NCBI RefSeq assembly: GCF_009914755.1
Contig: NC_060928.1
DNA: 64,000 nucleotides
Strand: one strand, 5' to 3'
DNA from: the human T2T-CHM13v2.0 reference genome, Homo sapiens
In this document: positions 1 to 44,766 of the stretch, in pieces
Numbering within the stretch: position 1 is the stretch's first letter
Layout of the letters: each line of letters starts with the position of its first letter
The notes under the pieces: generated by a model
The model's database searches: none
Seen by the model: only the letters and a program-made list of their open reading frames with translations
Told to the model about the DNA's origin: nothing
Made by a program: the position numbers and the translations under genes

Positions 1-24
1 AGCACGCCAAAAACTGGGTGCTCC

Positions 25-215
25 CAGGTTCAAGACAGTTTTGAATCTTGGCTCTACCATTTACTTGCCATAAGAACCTAGGGAAATTACTGAATCTCTC
101 TGTGTTCTTGATTAATCATCAAGGCGGTATTTATACCTCTCCTGCTGGGTGAGAAAGCTCAGTAAATAAACTAAGGGAGATCATCTACAAGTTAGTTCAT
201 GCTCAATAATGCTAG
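25..215 (+). mobile_element. MIR fragment
   Basis: tttgaatcttggctctaccatttact...gggaaattactgaatctctctgtg. Confidence 0.6.
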
Positions 216-1495
216 CAATATAGTCCAAAATATTCTTTTTGTTGGTGAGAAAAGTGGAGCCCAAAACAAAACATAGCAAAGAGAAGTAGAGGCTGGCCTA
301 ACTCCCAGTTCTAACCAGACCCTGAAGGAAGGCTTTCACCTAACCATATCACAACCAAGACAAAGTAAAGACAACTTTCTCTTCATGTGAGACCTTCAAT
401 CAAAGATCAAAATCTTCATGATTACCAACAACCTAAAATACGCTTAGTTTTACATTTCCTAAGAACAGATCACGTGACTTCCTCTCCTTTCAAAGGGACA
501 TAGCTATTCTTCACACAATTTCCACAAGTTGTGTATTATTAATAATGAAGTAAGAGTCACAGCTCAGGGTATAACTCTTATAATGAGTTGAAGCAGAAAA
601 GTCCCCAAACAAATGGTGTGGGTAGAGGGACACAGGAGAGGCTGGGTCACTCTCAGGACAGGGTTGTGAAATCCATCTTTTGGGAACGGCAGTTGCCCTG
701 AGCAAGGGCTCCTCTTTCCACATTTGTAGTCCCCCACTGGAGTTCAAATTAAATTAGGTCTCACTTAAATTGGGTTTTCTCCCATTACATTAGCATTTCC
801 ACAATCTTGCCAACGTTTGGCAACTTGCTAATTAGTAAGAGGATGACTTTGGACTGGAGAGTTAAATCACATTTGCCTGCTGCTAAATAGGCCTGGGCCT
901 GGCCTCTCAAGGAGTACTTTCTTGGGTGTTCGTTCAGTTTTTATCCCAGTGGGCGTACCTCAGTTGGCAAATTAAATCCACCACAAGAAATTGACATCAC
1001 AATGACTTTTTCACTAATCTGAAATGCCAAAATGTTTCCATTCCTGGGTATTACTTCAGTATAGGTGAATCAGGAAAACAACAGTTAACAAGTCAGCAGC
1101 TGACTTATACTTACGCTTATACTTATACTGAAGTAATATCCAAGAATGATTTGTCTCTTTGATAAAGAGTAACAGAAACAAGATTCAGAAAATTAATGTA
1201 AGACAAGGATAATTCTTTGTCAAGAATTATGTTCCAGGGTTGCAAAGGGCTGAACCTGAAAATATTTATTTTCCTAAGGCTCTTTCATCTTCCCATTATA
1301 CAGAGCTTCAGGTGTATCCAGATACTGGAATAATAATAATTTGAGCTGGAATAAAGTAGCATAATTTTTGGAAGCTGAAACTGGATAATTTTAGCAGTAT
1401 GTTTGGATTGTTTTCTTCAACTGCATTTTCAGCTTTGCAGTTGCTTTAGGTTTACTTCTAGAAGCATAGATATCCAAGGATCTCACATTTCTTGT

Positions 1496-1601
1496 TATAT
1501 GTATATATATATATATGTATATACATATAAATGTATAATTTGAGATCATATTTGTGAGAATATACATATATACACACACATATATATGTATATATGTATA
1601 C
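1496..1601. repeat. Interrupted (TA)n/(CA)n microsatellite
   Basis: tatatgtatatatatatatatgtatatacata...tacacacacatatatatgtatatatgtata. Confidence 0.9.
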
Positions 1602-1714
1602 AGAGGATCACGAAGAGGATCTCAAGTTAGTCCTAGCAGAATTCTTATTAAATGGATAAACTTAATACTTCTAAATCTGCTTAATCTTTAGACATCTGTC
1701 ATGTCACTATAAGA

Positions 1715-1758
1715 TTTAATTGCAATAAAATTTCAATAAATTCCATTTTCATTTTAAT
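1715..1758 (-). terminator. Candidate polyadenylation signals ATTAAA (1753-1758 and 1715-1720)
   Basis: tttaat occurs twice on the + strand; minus-strand TTTATT tracts lie downstream of the first. Confidence 0.6.
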
Positions 1759-1924
1759 TGGCTTGAGAAGTCAGAATTAAGTTTTTCATTAAAATTAATC
1801 AAATCCAAGGGAAGGAAAAACACAGATTTAACTATAAATCCATATGTCTGAAATATTTCTGTAAGTATATATGGACACAGCATAGCCATATAGCCATCAT
1901 CATCCCATCAGGACTTTGTCTTCC

Positions 1925-2258
1925 TTTTTTTTTTTTTTTTTTTTTTGGTGGTGTGGAGTGGGTGGGTAGGGGGCACTGAGTCTTGCTCACTCTATTTCCC
2001 AGGCTGGAGTGCAGTGGCGATCTCAACTTACAGCAACCTCTGCCTCCCTGGGCTCAAGTGATCCTCCCGCCTCAAGCCTCCTGAGTAGCTGGGTTTATAG
2101 GTGTGTGCCACGAGCCTGGCTAATTTTTGTATTTATAGTAGAGATGGGGTTTCACCATGCTGGCCAGGCTGGTCTAGAACTCCTGGCCTCAAAGCAATCC
2201 ACCTGCCTCAGCCTCCCAAAGTGCTGGGATTATAGGCATGAGCCACTGCACCCAGCCC
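1925..2258 (-). mobile_element. Alu (AluJ-like) in 3'UTR, sense to TNIP3
   Basis: T22 tail, Alu body, diverged TSD gactttgtcttcc / gactttatctttc. Confidence 0.95.
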
Positions 2259-2534
2259 AAGACTTTATCTTTCATAATCAAGTCTTGTGATGCAGGCGCA
2301 CAATTTCTCATCATCTTAAAGAAATGATCTGTCTAAGGAATAGCTTCCAATTAACCATCTTATTCAGATTGAACCACTTATTTAATTTAATGAGGTATAT
2401 ACACCTCTTCAATTCTACGTTTAGGATCACTGAGGTCAACAATATGTAGTCAAATAGCTAAAGAACTAAGGCCCTGTGGAAGAAGAATGGGAGCAATGTT
2501 AAACGTTTACAACTGCAGAAATTTTTACCCCAGG

Positions 2535-2536
<2 letters not shown>

Positions 2537-2574
<38 letters not shown>
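2537..2574. repeat. (AC)19 microsatellite in 3'UTR
   Basis: Perfect dinucleotide run. Confidence 0.97.
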
Positions 2575-2578
<4 letters not shown>

Positions 2579-2953
2579 GCACTTTAAATCAACATACAAT
2601 ATCCCTGCAGCAAACACTGAGTTGCCTAAATCATAGAATCATTTTTGTGCATCCAACAGCAATATGCTGAAGAGATTTTCAGGGAGTCGTGCATCATCCA
2701 TCTGCCAAGTCTCATTTCAAGGAAACTGGAAGTTGTATTTGGTTGTATAATAACTGGCTCCTCCAATTTGATCAGGATCTTAGCTGTCAGAAGCCTTTTC
2801 CTGTATTCATACCAAAGGAAAACATGACCAGGCACAAATAACAGGGTAGATGATGTGCCTTTGTGGCAGAAACAAGCCTCAGTATAAACAAAGAAGAGGG
2901 TCCTCAGCCACGCTCCCTCGTTGCCTGTTGTCTCTCTCTGTTAGTGTGTACTT

Positions 2954-34448
<31,495 letters not shown>

Positions 34449-34609
34449 GGAAGCTGTTTTTCCTGGAGTCTTGGAAAGCAGAAAGAAAAACAGGGGAAAA
34501 GTCTCTTAAGGTATATTTTAGGGTGAGAGCAAGTATACAAAATTTAAAAAACACACATCACCGTTAACTCATAATAGAAAATAACAGCAATAGGTTTTCA
34601 TTAAAAATG

Positions 34610-35200
34610 AACAGAAGTGACTGTGGATAGGAATTACACAGAATAAAGTTATAAGCACTGCAACTGGGATTTTAACTTTTCTTCTCTTCCAAATAGGGAT
34701 TTCCCAGGATGTCTCAAATAGGCAGGCCGTGACTAAGACCTGGGGCAGATTAGCCTTGCTATAGTATGTAAATCGTCATTCTTCCTTTACTGGCAGTTTC
34801 TCCCACTGGAGGAGGAAGTTCTCCACCACAGAAAGCCTGGGCAATCCAAGTGTTTCCTCAGTAGCCTAACTGTTATAAATTCATTGTATTTCCCAGAGCA
34901 ATTAGGTAACTGTTGACTTTTTGACAGCTCGGTTTCCCTAAAGGCGAGATTTTCTGGCAATACCTTCTAAATGTGAGTGTAGCTTGGTAGAACTTAATGA
35001 GTCATACATAATTCATAATACATAATAATATAAGTGCCACTAATTCTTATAGAAATAAAAGGGAAAATAATTCATTGTAAAGAAAATGGGCATTGTTTGC
35101 AAATCTAATCTTCTATATTGGCAGAAAGGTTAAACTTGTCTCAAGTTTAAGTCTGTCTTTTCTATAAATCAAGTCCAGATTGTCTCCATGACTCATTTGA
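34610..35200 (-). promoter_or_regulatory. Proximal promoter of short TNIP3 isoform
   Basis: kB site GGGATTTCCC 34696-34705; TATA-like TATAA 34649-34653; Inr TCACTTC with A at 34618; PU.1/ETS GAGGAAGT 34812-34819; AP-1 TGAGTCA 34998-35004 and TGACTCA 35189-35195. Confidence 0.75.
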
Positions 35201-35539
35201 AGTGAAATCTTCTCATGGAGAATCATTTTCACTTTAATTATTTGACTGTTATCATTTTAGGAGCCTTGAGGTAATGGAGCACTACTGGGTAGTACAGATA
35301 AAAGCGTGGAAATGGCAGATACTTGGAGCTGCATAAGTGAACTGCGATGGAACAGAAGACCTCATTTTGGACTTGGAACAAAAGGAAAGAGGCAAGGAAT
35401 ACAAAAAAGGAAAGAATGTGTAACTAAAAAGAGAAAAGAATTTATGGTCAATCATTTAACTTCATTAACCTGCCTACGAGATATTCACATATATATAGGA
35501 TAAAGCCTAAAACTCCTAAAATTCAAAAGAGAGTGATTG

Positions 35540-35940
35540 AGTGTCCCACATTTGGCCCTCCCATTTCTCCTGAATATCTCCCCCTACTCTCCAACTCTCC
35601 CCTGTGCTCCAACCATCCTGACTGACCTCCCTTTCCTGAAATGAGTGAGATGGTTCTACGCCCCTGAGCTCTGTGCATGCTGTTCTTGCCACCTCAGATG
35701 TCTCCTCTCTGGGCCCTCCATCCAACCTTATGACGGGGAAAACCTAAGTCAATGCCTCTCTTTCCTTCTGATCTTCTCTTGACTTCCTCTAATCAGCTAA
35801 GGAGAGCACTTCATCATGCATTACGATTACATATTTCCATGTTCTTGTGTTAATCTCTGTGTCCACGCACCCAGGCACTGAGCTGTCTGGCACACAGCAG
35901 GCATTCAACACATTTTGCTACATGAATAAATGAATGAATA
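35540..35940 (+). mobile_element. L2 3' fragment
   Basis: Ends ctggcacacagcaggcattcaa...atgaataaatgaatgaat. Confidence 0.7.
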
Positions 35941-35977
35941 TCTATATAATGATTTACAAAATCGATGAACTTTTTGC

Positions 35978-35982
<5 letters not shown>

Positions 35983-36016
<34 letters not shown>
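35983..36016. repeat. (TG)17 microsatellite
   Basis: Perfect run about 1.4 kb upstream of the inferred short-isoform TSS. Confidence 0.97.
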
Positions 36017-36019
<3 letters not shown>

Positions 36020-37199
36020 ACTTTCTTCTGGTTTCTTGTTATGTTTGGGTCTACGCTTGAGTGAAAGGGAGTGACGCTGCTTTAAGGCAAAATCCAAAAA
36101 TACAGGTAGGAATCAAATTGTTCATTCAGGGTTCTGAAAGTAAAAAGTTATAACTCACATAAGATCTGACTTTAGGGTACAGAAGCAGCGATTTCCTGAA
36201 CTGACACTTTATCAACACTAAAATCTGCTCATCAGAAAAGAAAAAGAAAACTCTATTGTAAGAATATTTTTCTTCTGAAACATACCATGCACATACACAC
36301 TCCATAGTTTTATATAGTGTAAGGTTCTCTTCAGCTTTAACTTTGTATTTGTATAGGGATGTGGTAACATTGACCTAGAAAAGTGGGTGGGAAGAACATT
36401 TTCTTGCCAGGAAATACCATCCTTGGCATTGTGCCTCTTGAGTCTCCCCTGTAAAATATCCTGATGCACATACATTGTTAGGTGTGATGGCTTCTATTAA
36501 ATGGAAATTCTATACCTTTGCTTCTTTCTTTACAATTCCTTTGCCTCTTCTGTTATGCAGATAAACAACAAACAGATTTTCTATTAGCTCAAGAGAGCCA
36601 TATGGTTATTTATGAATAAGTAATAACTCTTCTGAAGAGCCACAAGTTTGGTTTCAGAAAAATGAGACTTTCAATATGCCATCCCTAAGAATTAATTGGG
36701 TCTTTTCTGTTACATATGCTCTGTTCACTTCACCTCCATCCCTCTCACATTGTGCCACATATTTTAAGAGTCTGGCTTTTAGTCAAGCTTTGTTTCATGA
36801 GAAGTATCACTAGCTGAAATCACTTTCAGAGAAACAGAGGTGTCATTCCATGTTTCCAAGGCTGTTGTGAAGAGTCTTCATTTCTGAAGTCACTAAAATA
36901 TTATACAGAGGAAAGAAAATTAAAATTAACAAAGGGAAATGTGGTAAAGGAACAAGGACTACCAGTCACTGGTCTATAACCATCATTCTGGTGGACAATA
37001 ATTATCTTAAAATTAGTCCAAGAGGAGAGTACTATATTTCTATAAGTTATTGGAGGCATTCTTTGGCAGGTAAAAGAAACATGCCTTTTTCCTTTTTATG
37101 CTTTTACAATGGGAGCTGAAAAACCTTCTTTGTTTCCTGAATCTATTTGCATGAATTTTTAAGTGTATGTGCTATGTAGGTAGGAAAGAGAGGATTAGT

Positions 37200-37370
37200 A
37201 ATGACTAAAAGATCTAGCTCTAGAATTAGATTATCTGGACTCACAGCTTGGCTCTGCCACTCACTGCTTGTGCCTTTGGTCATCTAAGATGCTTAAGGTC
37301 TCTAAGGCTCGATTTCCATTTTATACAATGGGATAGTAATAGTATCCTTCTCCTAGGGTTGCTATCTGAG
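37200..37370 (+). mobile_element. MIR fragment
   Basis: ttggctctgccactcact...tttccattttatacaatgggatagtaatagta. Confidence 0.65.
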
Positions 37371-38474
37371 CTTATATAGTAATAACAATTTGGTTTTAAA
37401 GATAGGACCATCAATCAAATTATTTATGAAACAAATAACATGACAAAAGGAAAGGGAAATCCACAATTTATGCATCACTCACCCTGTACTTGACATTGTG
37501 TGGGTTCCAAAGGAAAACAAAAGCAAAAATTCCCTGCTTATGATGAAATGTACACACACATACATATGTGTGTGTGGCTGTGTGTATGTCAATATATATA
37601 TATTTGAAAAACTAAACAGTAAATGAAGACCAGGAAATGAATGATAGAGACAATAAAGCCTGTAAGAATTCAGAGGAGAGAGTGCTCATTATCACCTTTA
37701 ATAGCTATGGAAAGAGTCAGAGTTTCTGCTGGGCCTTGAAGGGTAGATAGGATTTTGACAGAGAGTGAAAGCTGAGCTATAAATGCTGCAAAGGGAGCAC
37801 AGTAAGAAACAGAACACAACTGGGCAAGCCTAGTTATGAAGGATTCTGACAAATCCAGTTTACCTAGAGTAGGGTCCGTGTGGTATTTTCAAAGTTTATT
37901 TGGATGAAATCATAAAAGATTTTAATTTCAGATTAAGAAATGTTGACCTTATAGGCCATATGGAGTTACTAAAGACCTTTGGGCAAAGGAATTACATGAT
38001 CAAAGTGGTTTTTTAATTGGTTTTAGTTCATCATGTATTAAATGGGAGAGATTGGAAACTGCAATGCAGTTAATATACATTAGCAAAAGTAATATTCAAA
38101 ATATTTATTTTAACAGCTTGTGACAATCAGAATATTTAGCACTCAGTTCACCAGGGGCACTAGGAATGGACCATATCCCTGGACTCGAGACTCCTGTATT
38201 AATTGCTTAATTGTCATCTCTGCTTGTATGCATAATAGTTACCTCCTTCTTCACCTGACCTGTTTGATCAGGATAGCTTAGTTTATGATTTTCCCTGCAA
38301 AACTTGCCTTCCCTGTTACAATTAATAACACCTTTTATTCTCCAGATCAAAAATCTTGGAGTCATCCTTGACTCTTCTTTCTCTTACATCCTGCATCCAA
38401 TCTATCTGAACATTTTGTAGGCTTTTTGAAAATATATCCAGACAGGGGAGGAGCACATTGCCACAAAAGCCTAG

Positions 38475-38823
<349 letters not shown>

Positions 38824-39107
38824 TTTTTCTTTTTTCTTTTCTTTGCTTTTTTTTTTTTTTTAAGAGACAGAGTTATGTTCTGTAGTACAGGCTGGAGTGC
38901 AGTGGTACAATCATAGCTCATTGTAACCTCCAACTCCTGGGGTCAAGCAATCCAGCTGCCTCAGCCTCTTGAGTAGCTACAGGTGTGTACAACCACATCT
39001 GGCTATTTTTATCTTTTAAATTTTTGTAGAGATGTGGTCTCACTATATTGCCCACACTGGTCTTGAACTCGTGGCTTTGAATGATCCTCCCACCACAGCT
39101 TCTCAAA
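38824..39107 (-). mobile_element. Alu (AluJ-like, 5' truncated)
   Basis: Diverged reverse Alu in tandem with the previous one. Confidence 0.92.
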
Positions 39108-39289
39108 AAAAATGCCTTTTAATAACTTTTTCAAAATGAGGACTTTAATATTTGCTTCCTGATTTTATTCATAGGAACATTTTTAAGAGCGTGTCCAGCA
39201 GTGACTGATCTCTGACTGTGTGTCAAACCTAGTTCCACCACTTGCTAGTTATGTGACCTTGGGCAAGATGATTGGCATTTTTGCATGAC

Positions 39290-39900
39290 ACCAACTCACC
39301 ATCATCTCTTAGCTGGATTACTGCAATAACCTAAGGGTTTTCCTGCTTCTATTTTTGCTTCCACTCCCCCCTCCCCATTATTAACACAGTGGCCACTGTG
39401 AGACTTTTAAAATGTCATTTCATGTCATTCCACTGCTCAGAACCTTTCAGTGGCTTCCCATGTCACTCATAGTGAAAGCAGAACTCTTTATAGTGGCAAG
39501 GTCCTGCACAATCTAGCCCAGGCCTCTCTGACCTCATTCTTGGTATCCTTCCGTTAGTCCATTCTGCGCCATGCCCTGGCCACACCGTTGCCCCTTGAAC
39601 TTGTTCTCTCTTGCCTCGAACTGTCTTTTCCCTAGATCTCCACATGGTACATCCCCTCACCTTTGTCAGGTAATGGTGTAAGTGACATCTGTTTATTGAG
39701 TCTTTACTTGGCCTCCCAATTTAAAATTGCTCTCCACCCCAGCACTTTCCATTCACCTTTCCTGCTTTATTTTTCCATAACACTAAATTTTTTTCTTCTT
39801 TTTGTTGATTGCCTCCCGACACTAGCTTGTAAACTCCATGATAGCAACTTTTGTGTGTTGTGTTCACTCTGTGTTTCTCGAGCCCAAAGTAGTGCCATTT
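39290..39900 (+). mobile_element. L2 3' fragment
   Basis: ctggattactgcaataacct...ctgctcagaacctttcagtggcttccca. Confidence 0.75.
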
Positions 39901-41147
39901 TAGTGCCTGTGCGTGTTCATGTGGGACTCACACATACAAATTGCCTTCCTTACCCCAAAACAAATGTATGATGCTCCCAAATCATACATCTTCTCAAGAG
40001 ATTAAATGGGATCTAAAGATCAGAAACTTCAACTTTTTGGCTTCCAACTAGTAAATCACCTCTCTTTGATCCCCCAAACCTGGTTTTGAACTAGGAGAAT
40101 CGGGGAATGGGGTGTCACAGATTCCATAGCCTCTTAGAGGATATTCACTTGTGTCCCGCCTGGTTGGAACTCTGAAACAATGCTTCTATGCGATATAGCG
40201 AGGTTGTTTGCAGTCTGTCTTGATTATATACTTTTAGTTTTTAGGGCACATCAGATACATTAGAAGGCAAATTGGCTTTTGTTGACGAGTCTGCAGCCTC
40301 TACAAAACTGCAGACTTCGTGAAATCCATGTTTAAAGATTTCTGAGTGCCCACAAAGCAGTAAACAATCTGACCCACCTTGACCATCAGTTCCTCTGTGA
40401 AGTCTCCCCTGGTCTTCCAGAGTGGAGTTAGCTACTTCCTTCTTTATGATCTCATGGTGCTTTGTGAAGCATCAACTCTAGCACTTATTGTAAAGCAGTT
40501 GTTAATTCGATGTACCTTTCTCCTCTGAGATGCTATAAGCTTCTTGAAGATGAGGTCGATATTTATCACTTTAGCCTTAGGAACTACCACAGTACCTTCA
40601 AGGTACAGAGTATTACAATACATTTTTATTGAATGAGTCCGTTTATGTATGAATCTATAGTACAAAATCATAGCACACCCCTGCTTTTCAGAACACAGTC
40701 CAGAACACACAATGACCACGGGGATACACAAAGTTATAGGCTTTGCCTCCAAACCAGAAATGATCAGGTAGGACTGTGAACACACGTTTAAAGAGCTGGC
40801 CTGTTTCCGTGTATTTTCTTTTTATTCATTTTATAGGCAAATATTTTACTTCATCCTATTTTGGTTACATGGTCAATAGTCTTTAGCCTTCATACAAATG
40901 CCTCTTAAAATTTTTTACTTGATTTTGATTAATATTTAATAAATAAATAATATAAATAATTAGATATGCTATGGGAAAATTTTTTAAAGGCAGAACTGTT
41001 GTCTTTAATAATACTTTCTACATTTTCATGGTGCTTTCTAAGATCTTATAAGTTAATATATTGAAGTATTAACTGATGATCCCCCAAAACACACACTATT
41101 CTTTTGTTTTATGTAGCTAATTCTTTCTTTGCTCGGTAAGAGATATC

Positions 41148-41440
<293 letters not shown>

Positions 41441-41684
41441 AGTAAGGGATATCTTTTGTCAGATTAAGTTTGTCATAGAATAAAAAGAGGAGAACAGCCC
41501 CTGTTTGGCCTTTGCATTTCAAAATAGACTCTCCAAACTCTAGACACCATCTGGAGAATCAAACCTTTGAATTTCAAGAGCTAGTGTTTTCAAAACAATT
41601 TTTAAAGATTTTAGGCTAATTTATTTTGTGCAATTTATTTTGAAATGCCTCAAAAAGTTACATGAGTTGATGGATTAAAAGAGG

Positions 41685-41836
41685 GGTGGATAGATGGATG
41701 AATAGATGGTGAACAAGTAGAGTAAAATGTTCATGTTCATGGCAGAATTTTGATGGTGGGTATATGTGTATACCATACAATTCTTTCAACTTTCCTACAT
41801 GTTTGAAATGTTCATGATAAAATGTTAGGGGAAAAG
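41685..41836 (+). mobile_element. Old L1M 3' end fragment
   Basis: gatggtgggtatatg...attctttcaactttcct.catgtttgaaatgttcatgataaaatgtt. Confidence 0.65.
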
Positions 41837-42023
41837 TCTGAATCAAGGCATAAAAACTTATACCAAGAATAACCAATAAAACAAATTAGTAGATGAAGAG
41901 TCAGTGTAACCTGTCCTTACCACTTTCACCATCTGCCCCAGAAGAGAAAGGTTTCATGCCTCAGGAAAATGAAAATGATTCAGGCAAAAAGAGTACTGCC
42001 TGGATGTTTCTCAGTTCTCATGA

Positions 42024-42373
<350 letters not shown>

Positions 42374-42848
42374 TAGGTACTCATCTGTCATCTTCCAAAT
42401 TGCTTACATTGAACATCAAAGAGCAGAGTCAGCTCCAGCCTTACTCACTGGGTTAAGTCCAGGGAAGGTACAAGCCTTGAAGAGAATTTCTCCACACCAC
42501 CATGGTACACGGCTGTGACATGCATGGCCTTATGACTTGTCTAAGTAGAGAGGTCCTGAGACAACTCAACCTTAGAGTGGTGTGGAAGCAGAGCCAGAGA
42601 TTTCCTATGTTCCTGGGAAGGATGAAAGAGTGGTTAACTGAGGGTTTGAGGAGGCCTCAGAGTCAAATTGAGGAGGATGTAGTGTTTACCACATGACCCT
42701 AAGGACTAGAGATGTGCTGAGTGACCTGGAAGCTTTAGTGATTGCCAGTGAGGATACAGGCCAATGAAAAAACCCGTAAGAGATAGACTACATCAGTGCC
42801 AATGGCAGTGTCAGATGGGGGATCACTGTAACCCTGATGTCTCCACCC

Positions 42849-43006
42849 CAAAGTTGCCAGAAAAATACAAAATATCCAGTCAAATTTGAATTTCAGATAG
42901 ACAACAATTTTTTGTATGTTTGTCTCATACAATATTCTGCCGTTTATCTGAAATTTAAACTTAGGTGGACATCCTATATTTCTATATGCTACATCTGGCA
43001 ACTCTA
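42849..43006. mobile_element. MER53 palindromic MITE
   Basis: Terminal inverted repeats agttgccaga / tctggcaact and inner aatttcagata / tatctgaaatt. Confidence 0.85.
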
Positions 43007-43704
43007 TTTCACCCAGATTATTTCACAAAATCTGTTCCACAAATCCCTAGGTACCATTATGTGTAGGGACAGGGGATAATTCTTGCATACCACTGCACAG
43101 AAAATATAAATTGCCTGAGAAAACACTGAAGTGACTGAAATTTTCTGCGGTCAATTAGATAAATTATTTTCCAAAGGACAAGCTAGAGGTCCTAGAATGG
43201 AACTAAATTTAGTTAAGAAAACAAAGAAAATTACTATTTTGTACTAAGGAGCTATGTGGTTTAAAATACTTTATTTGCTTCAATCTGAACTTCATAACAG
43301 CCCCGTAAGAAGAGGCAGCTTTAATGCTAATGAGGACAAAGTTGAATTTAGAGATGGCAAATGACTTGCTCACAATTATGATGTGACAAGTGGGTGGCTG
43401 AACCCATATCAGAGCTCATTTAGTCTTCCTGGTTTACTTCCCCCAAAGAACCTTTTATCTGTGTGGGTAGACGTAAATAACACACCTAAAAATTGTAGCA
43501 GGAGACATCATTTACCAATGATGGAAAAGCATCGCAGGAGCCTAAGTCATTAGGAATATGATTCAGGGAAGTTTTATGGGAATTAAGCGTTTTTGAGGGA
43601 TAGATATGAGGTGGCTTGACCTTTGACGTTGTATCCAAACAAAATCTTAACAAATTCCCACCATGGCATGCCTAGAGATTAATTTGCATTTCCAAAATAG
43701 AAAT

Positions 43705-43819
43705 TAGTGGTCAGAAAAGAGAAATTCAGTCTTTAAAAACTGTAGTAGTCAGAAGAGAGAAAATTCAGCCTTCAAAAACTATAGTGGTTAGAAAAGAGAA
43801 ATTCAGCCTTTTAAAACTG
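43705..43819. repeat. 38-bp minisatellite, 3 copies
   Basis: tagtggtcagaaaagagaaattcagtctttaaaaactg-type units at 43705, 43743 and 43782. Confidence 0.93.
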
Positions 43820-43961
43820 TAATCTGTGTTTGAGTTTTTTTTTAAAAATTATTTTCTCTGGAAGGAAATTAGCTGCTGATCATTTTATAGCAATGCAGAT
43901 CACTCTGTTTTTCTCTTGTACTTTGCTCATGTGTTGACTTCACCTTCATTCATGTATGCAC

Positions 43962-44255
<294 letters not shown>

Positions 44256-44582
44256 AATGTATGCATTCTTGTATTAAATACTTATTGATTATTGTCTGTG
44301 GACCAAGTATTGTGCTAAGTACTAGAATATGAAGATGAGCAAAAGGCACATCTCAGTTGTGTTTTCTGTTTTCTGAATATAAAATCTCAACATTAGAGGG
44401 GACCACTCCATTGATGATGGAATCTTTTCTGCATCATTCCTGCCAAGGGGTTGTCCAGATTAGCTTGGATACTTCAGGTGAAAGAGAACTACCTTCTTCC
44501 TGAGGCAATATATTTCAACACCGTATCTATAGATTTAGACACTATTTTTAAATACCAAAAGTTATAATTATAAAAATTAAGA

Positions 44583-44766
44583 GACTAGGCATGGTGGCTG
44601 ACACCTATAATCCGACCACTTTGGGAGGCTGAGACTGGGGAATCGTGTGAGCCCAAAATGTTGAGGTTATAGTGAGCCATGATTGCACCACCATACTCCA
44701 GCCTGAGTGACAGAGCGAGACCCTGTCTCTAAAATAATAATAATAATAAACAAAATAAAAAAAATA
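44583..44766 (+). mobile_element. Monomeric Alu (FAM/FRAM-like)
   Basis: Single diverged arm with (TAA)n A-rich tail. Confidence 0.85.

Larger units (their letters stand above)
1735..2953 (-). other. TNIP3: TNIP3 3'UTR (about 1.2 kb; 3' end approximate)
   Basis: Follows the stop codon. End inferred from ATTAAA hexamers followed by U-rich sequence. Confidence 0.7.

Noticed and set aside
469-478. CLEAR/E-box-like ATCACGTGAC downstream of the gene
   Set aside because: Single isolated motif with no supporting cluster
43705-43819. 38-bp repeats as a CRISPR-like array
   Set aside because: Units are head-to-tail with no unique spacers, there are no cas genes, and the context is eukaryotic
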